DNA of 64,000 nt from an uncultured Pseudomonadota bacterium (GCA_963847705.1 CAWKBC010000014.1:128001-192000), one strand, 5' to 3'; numbered from the stretch's first letter, positions 21,517-33,619 are shown. A program made the numbers and translations. Notes: generated from the letters alone by a model not told the origin.

Positions 21517-24064
21517 ACCCCGGCTGGCGTGCGGCCAGCCAGCGGGTCACCTCGTCGGCTCGGCTCGCGAAGGCGGGCTGCCGGAGATAGGCCTTGTGGG
21601 CGCCGGTGGCCAGCCGAAGCGCGCGCTCCCGGTCGCCGCCCGATTCCCACAGCGCGCGGGCCAGCGCGAAGCTCGTCTCGGCCACCAACGCGGCGTCGTT
21701 TTCGTGCAGATCGCGGATGCGCCAGGCCCGTTCGAGCGGCGCGACCGCCACCGCCGGCAGGTGCTCGGCGAGGTAGCTCTGGCCGAGGCCGGCCAGGGTG
21801 TAGGCGACGATCGTGCTGTCCGCCCCGTAGGCCCGCTCCTCGATGGAGAGCGCCTGTCGATAGGCCGCGCGTGCCTCCTCGTGACGGCCCAGCTTGTCGA
21901 GGCTCTCCCCCTTGTTGGAGATGAAGGTGGCGACCAGCGGGTGCCCGGCCCCGACCTCTCGAGCCAGGTCGGCGATCGCCCGATCGAAATAGCCGACCGC
22001 CTCTTGGTTCCGGCCGACATCCGCCAGGACATTGGCCTCGTTGTTCAAGCTACGCGCCACATCGCCGCGGCTCACGCCTGCGTGGACTTTGAGCGCGACG
22101 GCGCGTTCTTCGTGGGCCAGCGCTTCCGGATAGCGCCCCTGGCTCTTCCGGTTGGTCGCGATGTGCGTCTCCAGCCAGGCCCGCAACCGCTCGTGCCCGC
22201 CGATCCGGTCGAGAATCGCATAGGCCTGGCCAGTCCAGTCATCGGCCTCGTCGTAACGTCCGAGCGCGCCCGACGTCCAGACCAAGAACACGATCGCCTC
22301 CGCTTCGGTCTCGTCGGCGTGCGACGCCTCGGCCAGCCAGGCCGCCTCCTTGATCGCTTCATGGCTCGCCGCGCCGTCATTCCCACCCGCCAGAACCTCG
22401 CCGAGCTGCAAGAGCGATTCCGCCAGCACCGGCGAATAGTGAATGCGGCGCGCGTCGACCACCAGCGCCCGCAGGTTGCTGGTGGCCGCCTTTTCGTTGC
22501 CCGCGCCATGCAGCACCTTGGCTTCGGCGATGCCCGCGCGGATCCGAGCCACCTCGTCGCGGGTCGCGGCATCCGCAGGCGGCGACAGGACGTTGCGCAG
22601 CAGCTTGGGATCGGCGCACAGCTCCAGGGTGCCGAGCGCGTCCGCGGCGGCGACGGCGTTGTCGACCACGTCGCCGTCGGCCTGTGAAAGCAGCTGGGTC
22701 AGTGACTTCGCGCCGTTCAACCTCTCGCCCAGGCAGGCCATCCGCAGGTCGAGGACCTCGGCCGATTGCTCGCCACGGACCTGGGTTGCCTCGCAGGCCT
22801 CGGTGTACATCCCGCTCCAGCGCCCGAGATAGTCCGTCAGCAGGCGGTCGACGCTGGAGAAGCTCTCCGCCGCGTAGGAGCGGCCGCTCCGGTCGAACGC
22901 CTGAAGCGCCCGGCGCTTGACGCCGCCGTCCCAGACCCCCGCCAGCCTGTCACCGGCGGCCCGGCAGAGGCGCGGGCGCTCGGCAATCTGAACGGCGCGC
23001 ATGCCCCCCACGCAGGCCGCGACGACCAGCGCCGCCGACGTCAAGCGCCGGTGCCGCGCGACCCCCTTTTTCGCCCGCACCCAGCTGCGCTGGAGCGCGG
23101 ACCGCGGCCGCGCCGCTTCTGCCGCCGCCAGGCGCCCCACCACGGCCATCGCGGTCGGGGGGCGCAACGCCGGGTTGGCGGAGAGGCAGTCGACGCACAG
23201 CCGCGCCAGCTCCTCCTCGACCGGGGTTGCTTCCGGCGGCAGCGGCCATTTCAGGGTGGGCCTGTCGTCGATCTGCTCGAAGGCGGGTCGGCAACCAAAC
23301 AGGGTCTCGTGGAGGATGACGCCGAGCTGCCAGACGTCGGACCGCCGATCACCGCGCTGACCGAGCAGCGTCTCCGGCGGCATGTAGTTGGGCGTCCCGC
23401 CGTTCATGGTCGTGCTGGCCGACAGCTCGATGGCCAGACCGAAGTCCGAAATCACCAGGCGGCCGTCCTCCATGCGCAGCACGTTCTGGGGCGTCACGTC
23501 ACGGTGGACGATCCCGACGGCGTGGATCGCCGCCAGCCCGGCGCAGATCGCCCGGGCGTCCGTCAGGCGCTCCCCGAGCGGCCTGGGCTCCTTGCGGGTC
23601 CCCTGATGCAGCAGGGCGCGCAACGTTCCCCCGGTCCCCAGCTCCATGGTCACGAACCAATGCCCGTCCGCGTGACCCAGCTCGTACACCCGACAGACGT
23701 TCGGATGACGAATGGCGCGAGCGACCTTCACCTCCCGCGCGAGCCGCATGATCCAGCTCCGCTGGCGCGCCCGATCGGGGCGCAGAACCTTGATTGCAAT
23801 CAGCTCGCCCAGCACGCGATCCCAGGCACGGTAGACCGTTCCGCTCCCCCCCTGTCCCAGGATCGCTTCGATCTGATAGCGCCCCGCCAGGACCGCCGCG
23901 ACGCCGAGCTCGGTTTCCGGCGCCACCTCGAACTGGTGCGATTCCGCGGACATCGTCACCGAATGCTCGGGCTCGCTCCCGGAGAAAACAGCCTTCTGGG
24001 AATCGTCCGAATCGTCCGCCAACGCGCCCTCCTCCCTGCACCGGCCGGTGCCGTTGTATATCAT
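21515..24064 (-). CDS. Second membrane Ser/Thr kinase with TPR domain
   Basis: GQGGSGTVY, HRDVTPQN, DFGLA, GTPNYMPPE; CEATQ..EQS.EVLDLRM.CL block shared with the kinase at 11172; true start may be TTG 24022. Confidence 0.9.
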   Translation of the reverse strand: MIYNGTGRCREEGALADDSDDSQKAVFSGSEPEHSVTMSAESHQFEVAPETELGVAAVLAGRYQIEAILGQGGSGTVYRAWDRVLGELIAIKVLRPDRARQRSWIMRLAREVKVARAIRHPNVCRVYELGHADGHWFVTMELGTGGTLRALLHQGTRKEPRPLGERLTDARAICAGLAAIHAVGIVHRDVTPQNVLRMEDGRLVISDFGLAIELSASTTMNGGTPNYMPPETLLGQRGDRRSDVWQLGVILHETLFGCRPAFEQIDDRPTLKWPLPPEATPVEEELARLCVDCLSANPALRPPTAMAVVGRLAAAEAARPRSALQRSWVRAKKGVARHRRLTSAALVVAACVGGMRAVQIAERPRLCRAAGDRLAGVWDGGVKRRALQAFDRSGRSYAAESFSSVDRLLTDYLGRWSGMYTEACEATQVRGEQSAEVLDLRMACLGERLNGAKSLTQLLSQADGDVVDNAVAAADALGTLELCADPKLLRNVLSPPADAATRDEVARIRAGIAEAKVLHGAGNEKAATSNLRALVVDARRIHYSPVLAESLLQLGEVLAGGNDGAASHEAIKEAAWLAEASHADETEAEAIVFLVWTSGALGRYDEADDWTGQAYAILDRIGGHERLRAWLETHIATNRKSQGRYPEALAHEERAVALKVHAGVSRGDVARSLNNEANVLADVGRNQEAVGYFDRAIADLAREVGAGHPLVATFISNKGESLDKLGRHEEARAAYRQALSIEERAYGADSTIVAYTLAGLGQSYLAEHLPAVAVAPLERAWRIRDLHENDAALVAETSFALARALWESGGDRERALRLATGAHKAYLRQPAFASRADEVTRWLAARQPG

Positions 24065-24099
24065 GACGTTTTCGCAAACTGCCTTCTGACCGACCAGCC

Positions 24100-25581
<1,482 letters not shown>

Positions 25582-25582
<1 letters not shown>

Positions 25583-26758
25583 TGGGGACTGCGAAGGTCG
25601 TGTTGCGGCAGGGGCGTGCGCGCCCGCTCTGGTTCGGACATCCCTGGGTCTACGCCAACGGCGTGGCGCGCGTCGAGGGGGACCCGGCCCCGGGCGACGT
25701 GGTGGCGCTCTGCGATCACGACGGCCGGTTCATCGGCCAGGGCTTTTACAACCCGCGTTCGCAGATTCCGGTCCGGCTCTGCACGCGGGGCGACGGGCCG
25801 GTCGACGCCGCCTTCTTCCGGGCCCGGATCGCCCGAGCCCGCGTCGCGCGCGCCCGTCTCGGCCTGCCGTCCGAGCGCACGAGTGTCTACCGCCTGGTCA
25901 ACAGCGAGGGGGACGACCTGCCGGGGCTGGTGGTCGACGTCTACGGTGACGCCGCGGTCGTGCAGATCACCACGCTGGGGATCTCGGCCCGGCGCAACGA
26001 GATCTTCGACGCGCTGGAGGCGGAGCTGGGGAGCAAGACGATCTTCGAGATCTCCCCCGCCTCCTACGCGGAGCTGGAGGGGTTCGCCGCCGGCTCGCGC
26101 GTGGCGCGCGGAGAGCCGCGCACCAGCGTCACGGTCGTCGAGGAGGGCATCACGCTGGAGGTCGAGCCGCTCTCCGGACAGAAGACGGGGATGTTCATCG
26201 ACCAGCGCGAGACCCGCGCCCGCGTCGGCGCGCTGGCCAGGGGCGCGCGCGTGCTCGATTCTGTACGCCTACGCCGGCGGCTTCTCGCTGGCCGCCGCCC
26301 GCGGCGGCGCCAAGACGGTCACTGCCGTCGACAGCTCGGCCCGCGCCGTCGCCCGCACGCTGGCGCACGCCGAGAAGAACGGGGTCAAGATCGACGCGGT
26401 CGAGGCCGACGCCTTTCGCTTCCTCGAGACGGCCACGCCGCGCGCCTTCGATCTGCTGGTGGTCGACCCGCCCAAGTTCGCGCGCGCCCGCAAGGATCTG
26501 GAAGCGGCACGCAAAGGCTACGAACGGCTGAACTCGCTGGCCATGCAGGCGGCGGCGCCGGGGGCGATCCTGGTGACCTGCTCCTGCTCGCAGAACGTCG
26601 ACGCGGAGGCGTTCGAACGGATCGTCGCCGCTGGCGCCAAGCAGGCCGGCCGCGAGGTCCGCGTCTTCGAGCGCCGCGGCCCGGCCGCCGACCACCTCCT
26701 TCCGCCCGGCTTCACCGAAGGCCAGTACCTCAAAGTCCTGCTCTGCTACGTGGTCTGA
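25582..26758 (+). CDS. rlmI: RlmI-like rRNA m5C methyltransferase, apparent frameshift at ~26259
   Basis: PUA-type GHPWVY, SEGDDLPGLVVDVY, GQKTGMFIDQR, LDLYAYAGGF after correction, DPPKF, YLK. Confidence 0.8.
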
Positions 26759-26854
26759 ACCGCCTCCCCCTCTCCGCTCCGCCCGCAAACCGCCCCCGCC
26801 CGGCCACCAATCCGCCCCCGCCCCTGCGAAGTGGAGCCGAGGTGAAACGCGAGT

Positions 26855-26969
26855 GCGGCGGGGGACGGGGGACTCCTCGGCCGGAGCTGAGTCGGGCGGC
26901 TCTGTCGTTCCGCCCGACGATTCCAACCTTTCAGGTGCGCAGGCCGAGGAGTCCCCCGTCCCCCGCCGC
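26855..26969. repeat. Perfect 28-bp inverted repeat (59-bp spacer) between convergent genes
   Basis: GCGGCGGGGGACGGGGGACTCCTCGGCC at 26855-26882; exact reverse complement at 26942-26969. Confidence 0.9.
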
Positions 26970-27010
26970 CGCCAGTGAACCGAGCGGAGCGGCCCCGAAG
27001 GCGAGGGGCG

Positions 27011-27373
27011 TCAGGGCGCGCCGTGGACGCTGCCTGGGCTGCCGTGCAGGACGGCCAGGTAGTAGACGAGCATGGCGATGATGGTGCCGAGCGAGATCCA
27101 CTCGAAGGGGATGCGCCCGAACAGCTTCCAGCGCGGCGCGAAGAACCGCCCGTGCGAGCGCTTGTAGATCTGCTGTTTGACGTCGGTCAGGAGACTGGGC
27201 GGCGCCGTCTGCTTGAGGCGTCCGAGCGAGCCGAGCGTCCGCTTGAACGCCACCAGCTCGGTGCGGCACTGGATGCAGATCGCCAGGTGCTGCTCGACCT
27301 CCACGCGCTTGATCTCGGGGAGCGCCCCGTCGACAAAGTCGGAGAATTCGTTCTGCGCCTCGGCGTGGTCCAT
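27011..27373 (-). CDS. Zinc-binding anti-sigma factor (zf-HC2) with TM helix
   Basis: HLAICIQC; C-terminal TM; follows the ECF sigma gene. Confidence 0.85.
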   Translation of the reverse strand: MDHAEAQNEFSDFVDGALPEIKRVEVEQHLAICIQCRTELVAFKRTLGSLGRLKQTAPPSLLTDVKQQIYKRSHGRFFAPRWKLFGRIPFEWISLGTIIAMLVYYLAVLHGSPGSVHGAP

Positions 27374-27375
27374 GG

Positions 27376-27966
27376 CTACTTGGTGTGCTTGTCCAGCTCT
27401 TCTTTGATCGCCATGCGGGCCCGGTGGAGGCGCGATTTGATCGTCCCTTCGGGCAGGCCGGTGATCTCCCCTATCTCTTGATATGACATCTCTTCGACGT
27501 CGCGCAAAATCACCAGCAGGCGGTGCTCCTCGTCCAGCGCGGCGATGGCCGTCTGCATGAGCCGCTCCATCTCGGCCGCCTCGAGCAGCTTGTCCGGCGC
27601 GTCGATCTGCGCGTGCGCGATCGGCCCGGGCGTCCCCCCCGGCGCACCGACCCCCGCCTGCGCCGCGTCGTCGACCTCGCCGCCGTCGGTCGGCCGCCGC
27701 GCCAGGTACTTGATCCGGTTCTTGCTCTGGTTGGCGGCGATGCGCAGGAGCCAGGTCGAAAACTTCGCCTCCCCCCGGAAGCTGTCCACCGTCTTGAAGA
27801 CGGTGATGAAGACCTCCTGCGCGACGTCCTCCGCCTCGTGGCGGTTCCCCAGCATCCGGTAGATGAGGCTGAAGACCTTGTCGCCGTAGCGGCGAACGAT
27901 CTCGTCGAACGCCGACGGATCGCGTTCCTTCAAACGTGCGATGAGCAGCCGCTCGGCCAGGCTCAT
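27376..27966 (-). CDS. ECF sigma factor
   Basis: AEDVAQEVF, FRGEAKFSTWL, SYQEI..GTIKSRLHRAR. Confidence 0.92.
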   Translation of the reverse strand: MSLAERLLIARLKERDPSAFDEIVRRYGDKVFSLIYRMLGNRHEAEDVAQEVFITVFKTVDSFRGEAKFSTWLLRIAANQSKNRIKYLARRPTDGGEVDDAAQAGVGAPGGTPGPIAHAQIDAPDKLLEAAEMERLMQTAIAALDEEHRLLVILRDVEEMSYQEIGEITGLPEGTIKSRLHRARMAIKEELDKHTK

Positions 27967-28063
27967 CGTGTACGGAACCCGGTTTCGCGATCGCGCCCGC
28001 GCAAAACGGAGCGTCGCTTCCACGTCAATACGGACAACGGACGCGTGGAAAGGTTCCCGCGGG

Positions 28064-29029
28064 TCACGGATTGTTCACGGGCGCGCGGGAATCCTGCATG
28101 TCCAGCGAGGGATCCTGCTGCGAGGCTGGAATGAAGAGGCGCAGCGAGACCTGCAACACCGTCTCGCGCACCTCGGCCCCCGAGGCGAGCGCGCTGCGGG
28201 TGAGGTCCTGTCGGATGCCGCCATCGAAGCCGCCGATCTCGGAGAGGCCCGACAGCCCGAAGGTGAGGTAGCCGTTGCCCGTCGAGGCGTCGTAGCCGCC
28301 CCCGGCGCGCACCGCCAGCTTGCCGAAGAAGGTGTAGCCGGCGCCGCCCATCAGCGAGGTCCCCTGGCGCCCCGTCTGGTTGTCGGCGGTGAAGCGGGTC
28401 AGCCCGTCGGCCACCACCAGCATGTTGGTGAGCGGAATCAGCGCCACCCCGTAGCCCACCGCCTGCGTCGCCTGGCTGGTCCCGAGGTCGCGCAGGTTGG
28501 TCCCCACGAGGCCGATGGAGACGATCTCGGTCGGCCGGATGGTGGCGCCGACGTCGAAGGTCAACCCGCCGTCGTGGCCGTTGAAGACGTCGGCGTCCTC
28601 CAGCCTGAAGTACTTGAGCGTCGCGCCAATCGACACGTAGGGCCCGAAGGGGAACGACAGCGCCAGCCCCGCCTCGTGACCGTGCGCGGCGAGGCCGTCG
28701 CTCGGATTGCTGGAGTGGTAGGTGTAGTAAAGGCCGCCCGCCAGATTGAACGGCGAGGTGCTGTCGACGATCGAGGCGTGCAGGAACTGGTCGGAGAGGC
28801 GGCTGCCGTAGCCGTACGTTCCGTCGATGGTGTAGGCCTTGGAGAGCGACATCCCCGACGGGTTGAGCAGCGGGCCCTCGTCGCCCACCGCCCAGGCCCG
28901 CGAAGCTCCCCCTGTCCCCAGGGCCTCCGTGGGCGTGAACTCCTCGAAGGCGCGCGCGGTCGCTCCCACCGCCGAGGTCAGGACGATCGCCAGGAGAACG
29001 ACGCAGGATCTCGAGCGGGCCGGGAGCAC
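28064..29029 (-). CDS. Putative outer-membrane beta-barrel protein
   Basis: Signal peptide, ALGTGGA..NPSG N-terminus, beta-strand pattern. Confidence 0.55.
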   Translation of the reverse strand: MLPARSRSCVVLLAIVLTSAVGATARAFEEFTPTEALGTGGASRAWAVGDEGPLLNPSGMSLSKAYTIDGTYGYGSRLSDQFLHASIVDSTSPFNLAGGLYYTYHSSNPSDGLAAHGHEAGLALSFPFGPYVSIGATLKYFRLEDADVFNGHDGGLTFDVGATIRPTEIVSIGLVGTNLRDLGTSQATQAVGYGVALIPLTNMLVVADGLTRFTADNQTGRQGTSLMGGAGYTFFGKLAVRAGGGYDASTGNGYLTFGLSGLSEIGGFDGGIRQDLTRSALASGAEVRETVLQVSLRLFIPASQQDPSLDMQDSRAPVNNP

Positions 29030-29054
29030 GGAGGGAGTCTAAGGCCGGCGGGCG

Positions 29055-29732
29055 CTACCTCCAATTGCGCTCCGCGAGGCTGGCGTACCCGTCCCACCCG
29101 ACGACGACGTGATCGAGCACCGGGATGCCGCAGAGATCGCCCACCTCGCGCAGCCGGGCGGTCAGCTCGATGTCGGCCCGCGAGGGGGCCGGATCGCCCG
29201 ACGGATGGTTGTGGCAAAAAATGACGGCAGCGGTCGCCTGCCGGATCAAAGGTCGGAAGACGTCGCGCGGATGGATCTCCACACCCGTGAGCGAGCCGCG
29301 CGCCAGACAGTGCTCGCTCTGCACCCGGTGACGCACGTCGAGGCCGAGCGCCCAGAACTCTTCGACCGACAAGGGGGCCAGTCGGCTGCGCAGATACGTC
29401 CAGACCTCGGACGCGCCGGCCACCCTCTGTCCACGCGAAGGACGGCCGGCGACCGCACGCCTTCCCAGCTCCAGCGCTGCCGCGATCAGGGTGGCGCGCA
29501 CCGGGCCGATCCCGGCGAAGCCGGACAGCTCGACGGGGGAGGCGCGCAAGAGCCCCGCCGGCCCCTCGACGCCGCGCAGAACCGCCGCCGCCACCTCCAG
29601 CGCGCTCGCCCCGCGCCGGCCGGTGCCGAGCACGACGGCCAGCAGCTCGCCGTCGGTGAGCTGCTCTGCGCCACGCGCCGCCAGCCGCTCGCGTGGACGA
29701 GCGTCCGGTTCCATGGCCGCGATCAGCGTCAT
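29055..29732 (-). CDS. radC: RadC (JAB domain) protein
   Basis: RPRERL, IHPRDVF, HNHPSGDPAPSRAD, LDHVVV. Confidence 0.93.
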   Translation of the reverse strand: MTLIAAMEPDARPRERLAARGAEQLTDGELLAVVLGTGRRGASALEVAAAVLRGVEGPAGLLRASPVELSGFAGIGPVRATLIAAALELGRRAVAGRPSRGQRVAGASEVWTYLRSRLAPLSVEEFWALGLDVRHRVQSEHCLARGSLTGVEIHPRDVFRPLIRQATAAVIFCHNHPSGDPAPSRADIELTARLREVGDLCGIPVLDHVVVGWDGYASLAERNWR

Positions 29733-30021
29733 GCGTCGCAACGTTCGCAACGGTCGTGCCAGAGCAACGGTCCTGCTACGGCAACGGTCTTGCCACAGCC
29801 GCGCAAAGGTTCCGGGTCGCAATCCTCTACCTAACTATTGCTTTGGACTTCGCCAAAAGGCGTGCTAGCTTCCTTGCAACGCTCGTGGTTCGCGGCATTC
29901 TTGGCCGCACCGGCGTTGGAGGGCCGCGGTGGTTTTTGACGGCCCCCGCAGAGGTTTTCCACAGGGTGCATGAGGGCAGTTGGGCTGAACGGCGAGGGTA
30001 AGCGCCCATTTTTCCAGGAGT

Positions 30022-32499
30022 TTGAGACTGAGTTCCGACGATGATGTGCGGGACGCCGCAGGCGCAACGAGCGCCGCGAGCCCCGAGCACGATACAGAAT
30101 CTCCCAAGGCGGCCGAGCTGGATGACGGTGTTCCGACCATCGTGATCCGCACCTCCGACGCCGCGGAGGAGTTTGGCCATCATGGCCGTCAAGATGGTCG
30201 ACCTGACGGCCGGCAGGACGCGCCGCCGTCGATCGTGGCCGCGACGCCGGTCGACGAGCCGCCTCCGCCCCCATCGCCGGGGCTGCTGCGCGCGCTCGAG
30301 AAGATGCGCTCGGTCTTCCACATCCGGGACCTTCGACCCGGGCAGGCGGAGATCATCGAATCGGTGCTGGCCGGTCGCGACACGCTGGCGATCATGCCGA
30401 CCGGCAGCGGCAAGTCGCTGACCTATCAGCTGCCGGCGCTGGTTCTGGAAGGCCCCACACTGGTCGTGTCGCCGCTGCTGGCCCTCATCGAGGATCAGTA
30501 CAGCAAGCTGAAGGCGGCGGGCGTCGCGGTGGTGCGCATCGATTCGACCCGCACCGCCAAGGAGCGCGCCGCCGATCTGGCCGCCGTCCGCGAGGGGACG
30601 GTCCGACTGGTGATGATCACGCCCGAGTCGGTCAACTCGCCGACGGTGCAAGAGGCGCTGGCGGGGGTGAAGTTCTCGCTCTTCTGCGTCGACGAGGCGC
30701 ACTGCGTCTCCCAGTGGGGACACGACTTCCGCCCTGCGTACCTGGGCCTGCGCCGGGCCGCGCAGGTGCTCGGCCGGCCGCCGATCCTCGGTCTGACCGC
30801 GACCGCCACGCCGGAGATCGGCGACGACGTCCTCGTCCAGCTGGGGATGAAGGACTCGAAGGTTTGCCGCGTCTCCTTCCATCGCCCGAACCTGGCGTTC
30901 GACGTGCGCAAGGTGGCCGGCGAGGCCGACAAGCTGCGCCAGCTCGGCAAGCTGATCTCGCGCCTGCGCCGCCCCGGCATCGTCTACTGCGCGACGGTGC
31001 GCGCGGTCGACGAGCTCTACGTGGCGCTGCGCCACGGCAAGATCCCGGTCGAGCGCTACAACGGCAAGATGACCCAGGACGAGCGCGAGAAGTCGCAGGC
31101 GTCGTTCATGCAATCTGGCCGCAAGGTCGTCATGCTGGCGACCAACGCCTTCGGTCTCGGCATCGACAAGCCCGACATTCGCTACATCATCCACTACCAG
31201 ATGCCGGGCTCGCCCGAGGCCTACGTGCAGGAGGCGGGGCGCGCCGGACGGGACGGCAAACCGTCGCGCTGCGTGCTGCTGTTCCAGCCCGACGACATCT
31301 CCATCCAGGAGCACTTCCTCAAGGAGGCGCACCCGACCAAGTCGCAGGCGCGCATGGTCGCCGAGGGGCTCTACGCCTGGAGCGACGAGGGCAAAGAGGT
31401 CTCGGTCCGCGATCTGGCGATGTCGATGGCGCTGCCCGAGCGTCGCGTCCGCGTCATCCTCTCGGTGCTGGAGGCGATGGGCGTGGCCGAAGAGGTCAAG
31501 GCCGCGCGCTGGAAGGGCGTCGAGCCGCGCCCCACCCGCGAGCAGATCGACAAGGCGGCGATGGTGTTCGAGGCGCGGCGCATCTCCGATCGCCGGCGGC
31601 TGGAATCGCTGCTGAAGTACATGAACACGCAGCGCTGCCGCGTGCAGATGCTGCGCGCCTACTTCGGCGAGCCCGAAGGGGAGAAGTGCGGCCTCTGCGA
31701 TTCGGACGCCGGCCTCGACAGCGAGGTGTTCGATACGGCGTCGTCCGACGAGCGGCACGGCCTGCACGCCGCAACCGACTTCCACGCGCGCCCGCGACGG
31801 CGCAGGCGCGGACGGCCCGGGTACGATCTGCCGGCACCCCCGCCACCAGCGGCACCGCAGCTGCCGCAAGCGCCGGTCGTCCCGCGCTACGAGACGGCGA
31901 TCCCCACCGATCTCTTGCCGCCGCTGCCGCCGTTCGAGATCCCGTTGCCGTCCGAACGGGAGAGCGCCTTCGACGAAGCCATCTGGGCCGACGCCGGGGA
32001 GCTCGCCGCCGCGTGGCTTTCAGGCGAGGTGGTGATCGATCCGGAGAACGACTGGACCGCACCCGCTGCGCTCGAATCGGCGGCGGCAGCAGATGCACCC
32101 AGCGGCGAGGTCGTCCTGCCCCCCGAGGGAGGCGAGCAGCCGGACGCCCTGGACGCTCGCTGGATCGCCATCCGCGACGCCAACATTCGCCCCTACCTCG
32201 ACTGGCGCCCGGGCGTGGTGGTGCCGTTGCCACCGCTGGTCGTCCGCCCCGGACAACACGTGTCGCGCGGCCCACAACCGCAGCAGCACCACGCTGGCCC
32301 CCCGCGCCACGGGGGACGGCCGGGCTACAACGGACCCGGACCGCGGCCCAACGGAGCCGGTGGTGGCGGCGGTGGTGGTGGAAATGGACGTCGGCGGCGC
32401 GGACGCGATCGCGATCGCGACCGGCCGCGAAACGATCACGCTCGACACCGCGACCGCGGCCCTCGTCTGCCAGGCTTCTACAATCCCGGCGGCGATTAG
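30022..32499 (+). CDS. recQ: RecQ-family helicase with long low-complexity termini
   Basis: PTGSGKS, DEAHCVSQWGHDFRP, LTATAT, QEAGRAGRDG, CR..CGLC zinc domain; start uncertain. Confidence 0.9.
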   Translation: MRLSSDDDVRDAAGATSAASPEHDTESPKAAELDDGVPTIVIRTSDAAEEFGHHGRQDGRPDGRQDAPPSIVAATPVDEPPPPPSPGLLRALEKMRSVFHIRDLRPGQAEIIESVLAGRDTLAIMPTGSGKSLTYQLPALVLEGPTLVVSPLLALIEDQYSKLKAAGVAVVRIDSTRTAKERAADLAAVREGTVRLVMITPESVNSPTVQEALAGVKFSLFCVDEAHCVSQWGHDFRPAYLGLRRAAQVLGRPPILGLTATATPEIGDDVLVQLGMKDSKVCRVSFHRPNLAFDVRKVAGEADKLRQLGKLISRLRRPGIVYCATVRAVDELYVALRHGKIPVERYNGKMTQDEREKSQASFMQSGRKVVMLATNAFGLGIDKPDIRYIIHYQMPGSPEAYVQEAGRAGRDGKPSRCVLLFQPDDISIQEHFLKEAHPTKSQARMVAEGLYAWSDEGKEVSVRDLAMSMALPERRVRVILSVLEAMGVAEEVKAARWKGVEPRPTREQIDKAAMVFEARRISDRRRLESLLKYMNTQRCRVQMLRAYFGEPEGEKCGLCDSDAGLDSEVFDTASSDERHGLHAATDFHARPRRRRRGRPGYDLPAPPPPAAPQLPQAPVVPRYETAIPTDLLPPLPPFEIPLPSERESAFDEAIWADAGELAAAWLSGEVVIDPENDWTAPAALESAAAADAPSGEVVLPPEGGEQPDALDARWIAIRDANIRPYLDWRPGVVVPLPPLVVRPGQHVSRGPQPQQHHAGPPRHGGRPGYNGPGPRPNGAGGGGGGGGNGRRRRGRDRDRDRPRNDHARHRDRGPRLPGFYNPGGD

Positions 32500-32506
32500 C
32501 AACACG

Positions 32507-32636
32507 GAACCCTGAGAGGGTTCCTGCAACCTCCCGCCACGGGGTCGCGCGAGCAAAGCTCGTGTGACTACAACACACGAACCCTGAGAGGGTTCCTGCT
32601 ACCTCCCGCGACCGGCTCGCACGAGCAAAGCTCGTG
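32507..32636. repeat. Two ~58-bp imperfect direct repeats with internal hairpins (REP-like)
   Basis: GAACCCT-GAG-AGGGTTC and CGAGC-AAA-GCTCG in both copies (32507-32564, 32579-32636), between convergent genes. Confidence 0.85.
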
Positions 32637-32662
32637 CGGGCACGCGCGCGATTGTGCTCCCT

Positions 32663-33613
32663 CTACGCGCGGAGCCAGGTGACGAAGCGGGCGATGCCCT
32701 CTTCGATTGGAATCTTGGGCGCGTAGCCGAGCGCGCGTCCCGAGAGTGTGAGGTCGGCCAGCGTGCGCTTCATGTCCCCCGGCTGCTCCGGTCGCCACTC
32801 GACGATCGGCTTCTTGCCGAGCGCCTGACCGAGCAGGTCGACCAACTCCAGCAGGGTCGTCGTGCGTGAGCCACCGAGATTGTAGATGCGGTGGCCGGGC
32901 ACGGCGACCGGCTCGTCGATCGACGCCACGATGCCGTCGACGATATCGTCGATGAACGTATAGTCGCGGCTGCTGCTGCCGTCGCCGAACAGGGGAATCG
33001 GCTGCCCCGCGGCGATCAAGCGACCGAACTTGTGGATGGCCAGATCCGGCCGCTGGCGCGGGCCGTAGACGGTGAAGAAGCGCAGACAGGCGACGTCGAG
33101 CGCATACAGGTGATGCGCGGCGAACAGCAACAGCTCGCCCGAGCGCTTGGTCGACGCGTAGGGCGACACCGGCTTGAGGCAGGGATCGGACTCCTTGAAC
33201 GGCGGCTGACTGTCGAGCCCGTAGACCGACGACGACGAGGCAAAGACGAACCGGGGGACACCAGCCGCGCGGGCGGCGTCGATCATCCGCTGGGTGCCGA
33301 CCAGGTTCACGTCGGCGTAGCGCGCCGGCTCGGCCAGCGACGGCTGCACGCCCGCCAGGGCGGCCAGGTGCACCACCGCGTCGGGGCGCGCCCTCCCGAA
33401 CGCACCCGCCAGCGCCGCAGCGTCACGGACGTCGCCCTCGATGAGGGTGAACGCCGCGACGGACCGGAGCCGCGCCAGATTCTGATCCTTGGTCGCCCGC
33501 GGATAAAAGGGATCGAAGTTGTCGACGCCGACCACCTCGTCCCCACGCGCGCACAGCCGTTCGCAGAGATGCGACCCGATGAACCCGGCGGCGCCAGTGA
33601 CGAGGACTCGCAT
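32663..33613 (-). CDS. NAD-dependent nucleotide-sugar epimerase (UDP-glucuronate 4-epimerase-like)
   Basis: TGAAGFIG, ASSSSVYG, YASTK, RFFTVYGPRQRPD. Confidence 0.92.
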   Translation of the reverse strand: MRVLVTGAAGFIGSHLCERLCARGDEVVGVDNFDPFYPRATKDQNLARLRSVAAFTLIEGDVRDAAALAGAFGRARPDAVVHLAALAGVQPSLAEPARYADVNLVGTQRMIDAARAAGVPRFVFASSSSVYGLDSQPPFKESDPCLKPVSPYASTKRSGELLLFAAHHLYALDVACLRFFTVYGPRQRPDLAIHKFGRLIAAGQPIPLFGDGSSSRDYTFIDDIVDGIVASIDEPVAVPGHRIYNLGGSRTTTLLELVDLLGQALGKKPIVEWRPEQPGDMKRTLADLTLSGRALGYAPKIPIEEGIARFVTWLRA

Positions 33614-33619
33614 GGGCCG

